From a virus (Duplodnaviria; Caudoviricetes): 64,000 nt of DNA. The notes below the pieces were generated by a model. It had not been told where the DNA came from. It saw only the letters and a program-made list of their open reading frames with translations, and ran no database searches. Below, in pieces: positions 45,807 to 54,536 of this stretch. Both the position numbers and the translations under genes were made by a program. The stretch lies in IMG/VR virus record IMGVR_UViG_3300006092_000356, positions 10,513 to 74,512 of that record. One strand, given 5' to 3'. The stretch's first letter is position 1, and the number at the start of each line of letters is the position of its first letter.

Positions 45807-47948
45807 TCAGTGACATTCAGCCCAAGTAAGCCCTTCTTTGGTGTCAGCAGCGACAGGGCATCGGAACTTATAAAACTCTCCAGCCTTTACAGCCGCTTCT
45901 TTCACAATCCGGTGAAAGAGTTGTGCGCGATCAGGAGCGACTGCGTTCTGTAATTCGTCATGGACGAAGGCCATAATTACAAAATCACCCATACCGTCCC
46001 GTTCAATACGGAATTTACGCGGCCACCATCCCCAATTCATTCCTGCGTTAACACAATCATGATAAGTGATTGTCAACCACTTCTTAGCGATGATCGCAGC
46101 GCTGGACTGCAACTTAGTGTTAAGCGCCGAGTGCTCAGAACGAACCTTGAGAGGGCGCCCATCAATACCAATCAAGATGCCTGACAAAGCCTGTTTCTTG
46201 ATCTTTTCGATGGTCTTGTTCAACGCAGGGAGGCCGTTCATCAAGGCCGCCCTGATCTCCCTGCCAAGCTGCGTAGCGCGCGCCAGTGAAGCCGTAGGCT
46301 CGACAATCCACCCGAGCTTAGGATCACCGGCACCGTACAAAAGACCGTACAGAACACGTTTGACAATGTCACGCGTTGCGATTTTGACTTTCTGCTGGTT
46401 ATGCTCGTGCGGGTCGCCGTTTAAGACGACATCAACAAGCTCACCATCGTCAAATTCAAAACACTCGGCAGCGAGACACCGTAGTTCGATACCTTTCAAG
46501 TCTGCGCCAATCTCAACCCATCCAGGAGGGACACCGAAAAGGGAACGACATTCCCAACCAAATTCCCCGGCACGACCGAGAAGAGGAGCTTTCTTTAGTA
46601 ATTTTCCGTCTGGACCATATATATGGGGGCTGTTACTCCCATCTTCAAGTACAAAACGTTTATCAATAGCGTCGTTTTTCAACACATTGATAGAAATGAC
46701 GGCAACAACTTGCCCGACGTTTGGATTGCTATGTGCGCACCGTCCTGTAACAGTAGCACCTGTATCAGTGTGGGGGTGAATGCACCCTGTTTCAGGGTTG
46801 TATTTATTTATCCACGACTTTGAGCCAGTAGAAAGCTGTCCTAAAAGCTTCGACACAAAGAAGTATTCCGCTAGCGTTTTACATATAGGAATACGTTCAA
46901 CGAGAGCGGTTAGCACTGCGTCGTCTACAGAAGGTCGTCCGGCATCAGTAAAATCAACCGGTTCCCACCCATACTTTTGGCTCAGCATGTCAACAATCTG
47001 CGGGCGCGATCCAGGATTGAACGGACGCCAAATAGCTTTGCAGAAAGGCGCATTAGCAGTGTACTTAACACCATGACGCGTGTAGTTACGCTTTGGGACT
47101 GTTACATCACCCCACCACTTACGACTGTAGTCCTCGCCATACTCAGGCCTAGGTTTATACAATTCACCGCGCGCTTCTTTTTTCGCCTGAATACCGTCAG
47201 GGTCGTACCACAACGGTGTACAGACGCGAACACGCTCGGGAACAAAGTGCTCGTGACCGAAAGCAGCGATTGCTTCCTTGTACAACTTATCTTTTTCGAT
47301 TTCTAATTTTAACGCGAGTTCCTTGGCCGCCGCCACGTCGAAAGGGAACCCTTCCTCCTCCACCTTATCGGCGACAGCGTGGACGTCATGCTCCATTTCA
47401 ACACAGATGTCGGGGAGAGCATGCGGTAAAATCTCATTCCACAAAGCTAATGTGACTTCAACGTCTTGTACGCAATAATCCTCCATGTCCTGATTCCAGG
47501 ACACCCAAGGATCAAGGCCTTTGGCCTTCATAAGCGTAGTGTACTCGCCTTTCAGAATACCGAGGCGGAAGCCCCAAACCTCAAGGCGGTGTGAACCGAT
47601 GTCGTCGGAACGAATGATACCTGCGTTGTAAAGCTTGAAATCCGTTCGAACAACGTCAGTTGCGGTGATCTTCACCATCACCAGCGTGTCACGAATAAGT
47701 GCGTTTGTCTTGAAATCAGGGTAGAGTTTAGCAATAGCCTTCAGATCGAACGTAATGATGTTGTGTCCGACAAGAAGCTTAGCGTTCGCCAGGAGCTTAA
47801 CGCCCTCTTCGATATTGTTCATTTCATTATTATGGCGAAACACTAACTTCTCGCCGGTATCCATGTCATGGAGAACCATAACATGAATTCGGGTCATCTT
47901 TTTTAGAAAGCCGTCAGTCTCGATGTCAAAAATAAAGCGCTCACGCAT
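45807..47948 (-). CDS. polA: DNA polymerase family A (T7-like) with 3'-5' exonuclease
   Basis: FDIETDG, HN...FD, YC.QDV; TGR..HS.PN, ADLKGIELR, K...YG.LYGAG, VHDE. Confidence 0.93.
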   Translation of the reverse strand: MRERFIFDIETDGFLKKMTRIHVMVLHDMDTGEKLVFRHNNEMNNIEEGVKLLANAKLLVGHNIITFDLKAIAKLYPDFKTNALIRDTLVMVKITATDVVRTDFKLYNAGIIRSDDIGSHRLEVWGFRLGILKGEYTTLMKAKGLDPWVSWNQDMEDYCVQDVEVTLALWNEILPHALPDICVEMEHDVHAVADKVEEEGFPFDVAAAKELALKLEIEKDKLYKEAIAAFGHEHFVPERVRVCTPLWYDPDGIQAKKEARGELYKPRPEYGEDYSRKWWGDVTVPKRNYTRHGVKYTANAPFCKAIWRPFNPGSRPQIVDMLSQKYGWEPVDFTDAGRPSVDDAVLTALVERIPICKTLAEYFFVSKLLGQLSTGSKSWINKYNPETGCIHPHTDTGATVTGRCAHSNPNVGQVVAVISINVLKNDAIDKRFVLEDGSNSPHIYGPDGKLLKKAPLLGRAGEFGWECRSLFGVPPGWVEIGADLKGIELRCLAAECFEFDDGELVDVVLNGDPHEHNQQKVKIATRDIVKRVLYGLLYGAGDPKLGWIVEPTASLARATQLGREIRAALMNGLPALNKTIEKIKKQALSGILIGIDGRPLKVRSEHSALNTKLQSSAAIIAKKWLTITYHDCVNAGMNWGWWPRKFRIERDGMGDFVIMAFVHDELQNAVAPDRAQLFHRIVKEAAVKAGEFYKFRCPVAADTKEGLTWAECH

Positions 47949-47949
47949 G

Positions 47950-48405
47950 TCATACCTTTTCGCTTTCTTTTTCCAGTTCTAGTAGCTCTTGTTCTGTTCT
48001 TTCGATAAGCTCAAATCTACTAATAATGTCCTTCATAGCTTTTTCTACGGCTTCGACTATTTGCTGTTTGGCGAATAGCTTTGTGAAACCACGAGATAAA
48101 AGAGCGCGGTAATATCGATGTAGTAAATCCAAATCAAGTTTTAAATCGGTGCCTTTGTACTTTTTACCTTTTCGCGGTTCTTCGTATGCAAAGTGAAACC
48201 CTTTACGAACAGGGTTTACTACTAACCCCTGAACAATGTTTCTGATTACATAAGGCTTAACACCTGTCAAAATACTAGCATCGCGGACTGTACACGCCGT
48301 GTACCTTTTACCGTCTTGCGTGGTAATAACCAGCTTCTTTGTGTGGTACTTGTCACGCGACGACGGCCTATCGTCAAGACCGAACACTTTTGCAGAAGTA
48401 GTCAT
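47950..48405 (-). CDS. hypothetical protein, possible NUMOD1-like HTH
   Basis: TVRDASILTGV....IRNIV.G. Confidence 0.55.
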   Translation of the reverse strand: MTTSAKVFGLDDRPSSRDKYHTKKLVITTQDGKRYTACTVRDASILTGVKPYVIRNIVQGLVVNPVRKGFHFAYEEPRKGKKYKGTDLKLDLDLLHRYYRALLSRGFTKLFAKQQIVEAVEKAMKDIISRFELIERTEQELLELEKESEKV

Positions 48406-48406
48406 G

Positions 48407-50023
48407 TTAGTTACGCTTTACACGAAATTTATGACCATACATAGTGACAATTGCGCGCTTACCGGAAGGGTAAGTAACAATGTGAGAGGGCGTCCAACTA
48501 GAAAGCCCACCAACATTGTATCCCATATTATAGCTACACGAATGTCCTGCCTGATAAATTCCTTCGAAAATCTCAGCAGTATGTTTGTCTGCTGTGTTAG
48601 CTTTAGGTCCCATTCGCGCAAACGAGTTTACGTGCCCCTTTGCTCCGTTTGCACCTTTGTCACCGTGAAGTGCACACTCAATACCACCGCCAGCATTGGG
48701 ACAAATCACGAAGCTGTCAGAAAGCGTGAGAAACTCGACAGGAATGTAGTAGTTCTTTTCAATAAAGTATTTTAGCGGACTGAACTTAGGCATCCCGTTA
48801 TCGATTGCCTTGTACATTTCAAACTGTAATTCAAGGAAAATCAGCGCGTTAACAGGATCGCTTCTGTAATCAGCAGTACGCAGCCATCGCACCAGCGCCC
48901 TATCATGATTGCTGTCAATCACGATGTTTCGGCATTCGGGCTTGGAAACGGCTGACAAGAATTTACCAACGTTTTCAAGTTCCTCGCGTACCGACTCGGT
49001 ACCACGGGAGTACATACGAAAACGATGATAGGGGTCTCCAATATTATGGTGATTGCGTCTATTAAAGTCAAGAACGTCGTGGAAAAACTGGTAGTCAGGC
49101 TGAAGTACGTCGTACATGACTTCTACTTCGTCCGTGACGATCCGCTCAAAAGTCTTGTTATCAATACCCCAAGAACCTAACGCAACCTTTTTGTCGAGCT
49201 TTTCAGTATGGATGTCTCCCCAAGTAATAGCCTCGACATTTGAGCCACGAAAGATTGATCCTTCACACACGTAGGCATCAAGGTCTTGGAACGATCCGTC
49301 TTTTTCAGCGATCAGGTGACGACAAAAGAAAGCGCCGTCAACATCAATCTCAACCAGAACCGCCCCGATAACGTGATGAAATTCAGCCTTGAGTCCGGCC
49401 TTACGGTTTACGTAATTCGGGAGCGTAATAGAACCCGTAGTCATGATCTGCTTGGGAGGAGTGCCAAACATAGTCGGAATGGATTTAAGGCTGATGCGGG
49501 GGTGAGGAAACACGCCCCACTTGCTCCGTGTGTAGGCCTCGAAACCTGACAGAGGGTCAACCGCTGTAGGCAGCGTGTTCATTTCAGCGCAAAACAATAC
49601 GCTATTACCTAGCGCGCATTGTGTGTTGACGAGGTAAGGCTGTACGGACGGATGATATTCTGCGTGTGTCTTATCAGGGTCTCCAAATAAGACTTTGCTG
49701 TAGGTGTACCCTGCCACCATAATTGTGGCGTTAAGGTCTTTTGCATACGCTTCAAGATTACGCAAAAACCCGACATGAACGTCTGTATTGTTTTGTGCGG
49801 AAGTAAGGATAAATGTGGTAGGGGTACGGTAGGAAATAGCGTAAACAGCCGTTTCTACGTTAATTTTTGTGGGGTAGTTTGTCTTAACTACTTTAGCGTA
49901 ACGATCTTTGAAAGTAGTCTTGGGGATACCAAGACCTCGCGCTGCTTTATTTATCCCACCAAATCTTGTAACTGCTTCAATTAACTCAATGTCCGAATAG
50001 CTATCTAACGTCGCGTTTTTCAT
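48407..50023 (-). CDS. T5 A1-like protein (HTH plus metallophosphoesterase)
   Basis: N-terminal GGINKAARGLGIP; TSAQNNT.VH; GDIH, HDVLD, SNHD, HGD. Confidence 0.7.
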   Translation of the reverse strand: MKNATLDSYSDIELIEAVTRFGGINKAARGLGIPKTTFKDRYAKVVKTNYPTKINVETAVYAISYRTPTTFILTSAQNNTDVHVGFLRNLEAYAKDLNATIMVAGYTYSKVLFGDPDKTHAEYHPSVQPYLVNTQCALGNSVLFCAEMNTLPTAVDPLSGFEAYTRSKWGVFPHPRISLKSIPTMFGTPPKQIMTTGSITLPNYVNRKAGLKAEFHHVIGAVLVEIDVDGAFFCRHLIAEKDGSFQDLDAYVCEGSIFRGSNVEAITWGDIHTEKLDKKVALGSWGIDNKTFERIVTDEVEVMYDVLQPDYQFFHDVLDFNRRNHHNIGDPYHRFRMYSRGTESVREELENVGKFLSAVSKPECRNIVIDSNHDRALVRWLRTADYRSDPVNALIFLELQFEMYKAIDNGMPKFSPLKYFIEKNYYIPVEFLTLSDSFVICPNAGGGIECALHGDKGANGAKGHVNSFARMGPKANTADKHTAEIFEGIYQAGHSCSYNMGYNVGGLSSWTPSHIVTYPSGKRAIVTMYGHKFRVKRN

Positions 50024-50056
50024 TGTGACCTGCTTTTTGTTATTGTTTGTTGGGTA

Positions 50057-50082
50057 TTAACACATTTCCGACCGGACGGCAA
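50057..50082 (-). promoter_or_regulatory. putative promoter TTGCCG-N14-TGTTAA
   Basis: same spacing as the late-promoter class, upstream of A1-like gene. Confidence 0.45.
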
Positions 50083-50094
50083 TGGGTCGGAGTG

Positions 50095-51690
50095 TTAAAT
50101 AACCACGTGTTCGTGGTTAGTTGCTTTGTCAACTATATTCTGGCGCGCTTTGAACAGTTCCCACGTTCCTACCTCGGGAGAATTGTCAACAACTAAATAA
50201 TAGTAGCCGACAGAAACGTCTTTAGTGAGGTCCCAAACGCGATCACGCGCCTGGATTACTTCTCCTGGTGTAGTGATCTCAGCAAAAACAGCGACATCCG
50301 CTTCTTTAAGGGAAATAGCTGTGCCACCAGACCGGATATTCACTACCGCCACCCGTGTAGTAGAGTCTTTTTTGAACTGTTGGATGGCTTCCCACCGCTT
50401 CTGTGTTGTCTGCCCACCATATATTGTAATAGGGTTGTAAACGCTCAGTCCTTCTGCAATGCTCTCCACCGCGCGGCGATGAAAAGCAAATACAACTATC
50501 TTATCTTCGCTGTTAAGTAGGTCCCGACAAAAGTCAACAACCATAGGTACTTTTCTACGAGCAAGCTGTTCACGTGTGCCTGCCGTGTCATGCGTTATCT
50601 CACCGTAGGCGTCGTCTAGGCGTGCTGTCTTAGTGGCAACACTTTCACTAGACCCCATAATATCCTCGATAAGCGCGCGGATACGGTTGTTTGCTTCGTC
50701 CGTATCCTTGTACTCCTCCTCCTCAGGGAGCTTCTCCAGAAGCCCGCTAGAGGGCAGCAACACGCACTGTGAGAAGGGAGGAAGCTCTGAGCCTACATCC
50801 TTCTTCTCACGCCGGATCATGAAGTCACGGCGCATGCGGTACTGTAACTCTTCTGTGTTCACGGCTCCTGTGGTGTCCCACTTGTTTTCTTTGGATGCGC
50901 CGCAGTAGCGTTCAACGTAGCGCCAGAAGTTGCTTCCTAGTTTCTGTGGGTCCAACACTTTGATCAAAGGCCACAGATCAACAGGCGTGCGTAAGATCGG
51001 CGTGCCGGTCAAAAAGATGTAATGTAGCTTAGGGTACGGGATACTGAAAAACGCCTCAGACCGCCCGCTTTTTGGGTTTTTAAGGTAGTGCGCTTCGTCT
51101 GCTACTACGACATCCCATTCCATTTTTCTGATAGTGTCTGTGTGGCGAACAAGGATGTCGTAATTGATGATAACGAATGGCGTATTAGGAAACGTGCTTC
51201 CTTCTGCGTACGCAACACCGTCATTATGCACAAGCCATTTTTCAGCCTCTTCCTGCCATACGGGCTTGGCAACGGCAGGACAAACAACAAGGACACGCAA
51301 AGGCTTGTCGTACTTGTTGACGACGCCCAAAGTCATAATCGTTTTGCCTAACCTAGGCACGTCAGCATTTAAGCACGAGAAACGCCCATGCATAAAAGCA
51401 ATACCGGCTTTCTGATAATCTCTGTACTCGTTTCCAGGAGGAGCGGGGAAAGTACCTTCCACAGCGGCGGCCTTTGAGGCAGCTACTTTACCGTTTCTAT
51501 TGTTTACCCACTTCTCAACCGAAGCACGTGCAGAAGCATCACAGTATTCAATTAGAGGTACAACGAGTGCCGGATTTGTAGTAATCCATTCTCCTTTGGC
51601 ACTCATCCACTTCCACTTAAGCGACTTCAATCGCTCTGTTTGTGTGATAGCGGTTGCATAAAAAACGGACCCCTTCTGCGTAATCTTCAT
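50095..51690 (-). CDS. SNF2-family helicase
   Basis: YRDYQKAG, LGKT, DEAH, LTGTPI, VFAFH, GGT.ISL..AD; AGGA RBS before ATG 51690. Confidence 0.88.
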   Translation of the reverse strand: MKITQKGSVFYATAITQTERLKSLKWKWMSAKGEWITTNPALVVPLIEYCDASARASVEKWVNNRNGKVAASKAAAVEGTFPAPPGNEYRDYQKAGIAFMHGRFSCLNADVPRLGKTIMTLGVVNKYDKPLRVLVVCPAVAKPVWQEEAEKWLVHNDGVAYAEGSTFPNTPFVIINYDILVRHTDTIRKMEWDVVVADEAHYLKNPKSGRSEAFFSIPYPKLHYIFLTGTPILRTPVDLWPLIKVLDPQKLGSNFWRYVERYCGASKENKWDTTGAVNTEELQYRMRRDFMIRREKKDVGSELPPFSQCVLLPSSGLLEKLPEEEEYKDTDEANNRIRALIEDIMGSSESVATKTARLDDAYGEITHDTAGTREQLARRKVPMVVDFCRDLLNSEDKIVVFAFHRRAVESIAEGLSVYNPITIYGGQTTQKRWEAIQQFKKDSTTRVAVVNIRSGGTAISLKEADVAVFAEITTPGEVIQARDRVWDLTKDVSVGYYYLVVDNSPEVGTWELFKARQNIVDKATNHEHVVI

Positions 51691-52246
51691 GGTTATGTCC
51701 TGTAAGCTTTTCAAAGCGACGCAAAAACATAAAACGAGAAGCGATGTGACCTGTGTTGCTTATACTGAACCTTACAGGTGTCGTTCGAACATGATGTCTA
51801 GATGCGTGCGCCGGAAAATCAAAACCGAACAAGGTCTTGTGTTCATGAAAGTACGCTTCAGTGTCAGCGCTCTTAACAATAGGTGACAGAGCAACTGGAA
51901 GCGTGTAGCAATAATTAATGTAGGCAGTAAGCTCTTCTTCTAGTTCTTTGTACTCAGGAAGCTTACGCTTGAGAGGAGTTACAATGTCCCCTATGAACGC
52001 CTCAGATGCGTCGTGCATCAGCGCTTCAAAAGCATACGCAGTCGGGACCAGATAGCTAACATGGACGCTATGCTCGGCAACCGTATACGGCTTAGGACAT
52101 TGTCCGCCGTATCTACAGACGTTCGACAGGCCGTGTGCAATCACGAAAGGCGTAGGAACAAACCTAGTTACATCATCAAAATCGAACGGCTGTCCATCAG
52201 CCAGCGTTATCGACGCGTTTGTGAAACCCTTTGAGACTTGGACCAT
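51617..52246 (-). CDS. HD-domain 5'-deoxynucleotidase/phosphohydrolase (YfbR-like)
   Basis: IAH.LS..CRY.G, YTVAEHS, LMHDASEA.IGDI.TPLK. Confidence 0.85.
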   Translation of the reverse strand: MVQVSKGFTNASITLADGQPFDFDDVTRFVPTPFVIAHGLSNVCRYGGQCPKPYTVAEHSVHVSYLVPTAYAFEALMHDASEAFIGDIVTPLKRKLPEYKELEEELTAYINYCYTLPVALSPIVKSADTEAYFHEHKTLFGFDFPAHASRHHVRTTPVRFSISNTGHIASRFMFLRRFEKLTGHNHEDYAEGVRFLCNRYHTNRAIEVA

Positions 52247-52520
52247 TGTTAAACCTCTTCTTGTCAGGTCGGTGCTTCTTTCGCGTAGGCTGTCCCTTCG
52301 AAATAACATACGAACAGGTGTCCTTAGGCGCGGTAGGCTCGCCAAAGAACGGTCCAGGCTCGTGATTGGGGTTCATGGAATGAACCACATGAACTTCCTT
52401 AGTCTCGTCATCTGTGTACTCATACAAACGGAGCGTGCAGACGTGAGACTTATTTCCCATAGGATGAAGCATGCCATTCACGGCACGCACTTTCCAGAAA
52501 CGACAGTTCTTGCATTTCAT
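52197..52520 (-). CDS. hypothetical Cys-containing protein
   Basis: CKNCRFW N-terminus. Confidence 0.55.
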   Translation of the reverse strand: MKCKNCRFWKVRAVNGMLHPMGNKSHVCTLRLYEYTDDETKEVHVVHSMNPNHEPGPFFGEPTAPKDTCSYVISKGQPTRKKHRPDKKRFNNGPSLKGFHKRVDNAG

Positions 52521-53320
52521 TGCAGTGGCTCCGTTGGCTTATCGAGGGGACGGGTTGTAATGTACGTCGTAAGACCGTTTGCGTCCCAAACTTTGGCTCG
52601 TACTTTGGCTTCCCTAATTAACGTAGGGTTGGGGTACTCGACCAACAAAACAAATTTGTTGTCATCCAGCACCTGATTAATGTTAGAGTAGCGTTCCTTA
52701 GTGCGTTCAGCGGAGTTAGGCTTCCCGTCATCAGGGTCTCCATAATACAAATCCTCAATCGCCCAACCGGAAACGTAATCCAACACTTCACCGTAAGTGT
52801 CAGAAATCAAGCTCTCTCCGTTCTGTGGAATAATCAAAAACTCCGGGTTTCGCTTGCGGGCGTGGTCGCCGATCTCTTTGATAAACTTCATCATTTCAAT
52901 AGCTGAGTTTGAGTGCTCTTTCGCCCAAAACTCATAACCATCAATGATGTCAAGATAGGCTCCATCAAAACCAGCATCAATGATGCTGTCCAACTGGGCC
53001 ATGACAATCCGCTTCCAACCAGGAAGCCAGAACTTCACTTTTAGGTTCCCAGGCCAGTTTGGATTTGTCGGTCCTAACCAATCAGGAGGGTTTCCGTCTC
53101 GTACCTTTTTCCAATACGGGCGGTAATCTTCTGCTTCGCCTATTGATAGATAAGAAATGATTTTCGACGCGGAATCCCCGCGCATTTGTGAGACCTGTTC
53201 TTTGGTGAAAGGCGTAAAACCATCACTCGTGTAATCAATGACCTTAATGTCCGCGTTTATCTTAGCAACAGTTTGCGGGTCAATGTTTTGAAGCTGATAA
53301 AACCAGTTATGTAAGTACAT
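52517..53320 (-). CDS. endo-alpha-1,4-polygalactosaminidase-like glycoside hydrolase (GH114/GH166, TM1410-like)
   Basis: W.YQLQN, SYLSIGEAEDYR.YW, NP.WPGN..V.FW, AGFDG.YLD.ID, IIPQNG, W..ED..YG. Confidence 0.85.
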   Translation of the reverse strand: MYLHNWFYQLQNIDPQTVAKINADIKVIDYTSDGFTPFTKEQVSQMRGDSASKIISYLSIGEAEDYRPYWKKVRDGNPPDWLGPTNPNWPGNLKVKFWLPGWKRIVMAQLDSIIDAGFDGAYLDIIDGYEFWAKEHSNSAIEMMKFIKEIGDHARKRNPEFLIIPQNGESLISDTYGEVLDYVSGWAIEDLYYGDPDDGKPNSAERTKERYSNINQVLDDNKFVLLVEYPNPTLIREAKVRAKVWDANGLTTYITTRPLDKPTEPLQ

Positions 53321-53343
53321 GATAGCCTCATTGGAATAAGGGT

Positions 53344-53378
53344 GGCGTGCCTAGCGAGGGAGGGACACTAGGCACGCC
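53344..53378. terminator. 11-bp hairpin between rIIB and glycoside hydrolase
   Basis: GGCGTGCCTAG / CTAGGCACGCC. Confidence 0.55.
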
Positions 53379-53413
53379 TTCACGGCGCGTAGAAAGGATT
53401 GAAAGACGCGCCG

Positions 53414-54526
53414 TTACTTACCAGGGTAGCCGCTCTCAACGAGCTTTGCCAACCACCCCTGGACCGTTGAACGCGGGATACCGGTGGCCCTGGAATACCC
53501 GCGCTGTCCAAACGCTGTCACAGCGTTAACTAACTCCACACCGGTCACAACTACGTTCTTATGTCGGAAGGAGATATCCTGCCATGACTGCGTACGACAA
53601 AAATCAATCGCCTCATCGTCATCAGTATCGTAAGGCAATTCGTTACAAACATCACACCCGCTGTCACCGCACCCAGTATCCCAGCCGTCGTCCTCGCACG
53701 TATCGTCCTCGTGATCGTCAGAGACGTACACACCGTACGACGTTACCACGGATACGTTTGAGAAAACGTGTGCGCACTCACTCTCAGGAACCTCGCCAAT
53801 GACGGCGTACTTCCACGCGCGGCCCTTGGAGTTGTTGTAGTCATTGGGGATGGCAACAACATCCTCAGGAGCGATCTTGAGCACGACAACCTTGCTCTCT
53901 CCACCGACGCCGAAAGAGGGGAGGTAACTGAATGAACAGAAGTGTAGACCAGAGGAACACGTTTCGCTACGGTCTGTGTTACAATCCTCAATAGGCATCG
54001 AAACAATCGTGCCTACGCGATTGAAAACCACATTACCATTAGAGTCACGGAGCGATGAAGAGTAATCATGCCGCACTTTCTTAAAGGCAAGGAAGCAGCC
54101 GTCATCTGTAAGCACCATGTTCCCGCTCTCAAGGAACAAATAAATCTCGTCGCGTGCCGAAATAATCGGGTTTTCTGACACACGCTCAAGGAAACGCGCC
54201 AGCGGGCGAACATCCATTCCGTCGTTGAGGAGTTTAATCAGGTTAGTAGCAATCACACCATGAACCTGCTTGCCGTCGAACATGACGGTATCATCCGAAA
54301 TCTGAACACGGCCCTCAGTCACGCGGGCAATGAACCTACGGATGTCCACAAGATCGCGGATATTGTCAATAATATCCGCAGTTGCAAAGACACCAAGATC
54401 AGGCGCTGATAGAGATCGAAGGGCGTCCGCGAGACGCGTAAAATTGATGTGCGACTTATCGATACAACGGTGAACGTTGTCAATGACGACTGAAATAGTG
54501 GTAGGCGTGATGATATGCGGGATCAT
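53414..54526 (-). CDS. rIIB: rIIB-like protein
   Basis: FL.R...NP, LT.DG.FLAFK.V..DY, CS.GLHFCS.SYL, IP.DYN..KGR; C-terminal HTH. Confidence 0.88.
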   Translation of the reverse strand: MIPHIITPTTISVVIDNVHRCIDKSHINFTRLADALRSLSAPDLGVFATADIIDNIRDLVDIRRFIARVTEGRVQISDDTVMFDGKQVHGVIATNLIKLLNDGMDVRPLARFLERVSENPIISARDEIYLFLESGNMVLTDDGCFLAFKKVRHDYSSSLRDSNGNVVFNRVGTIVSMPIEDCNTDRSETCSSGLHFCSFSYLPSFGVGGESKVVVLKIAPEDVVAIPNDYNNSKGRAWKYAVIGEVPESECAHVFSNVSVVTSYGVYVSDDHEDDTCEDDGWDTGCGDSGCDVCNELPYDTDDDEAIDFCRTQSWQDISFRHKNVVVTGVELVNAVTAFGQRGYSRATGIPRSTVQGWLAKLVESGYPGK

Positions 54527-54536
54527 GGTGCGCTCC

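Noticed and set aside
43520-47948. Calling this a 2-aminoadenine (Z-DNA) phage
   Set aside because: No PurZ in the window, and the accessory enzymes are not diagnostic. Kept only as a testable lead.
45807-47948. Intron or intein in the DNA polymerase
   Set aside because: The ORF is continuous at a normal size (713 aa) with all motifs present.
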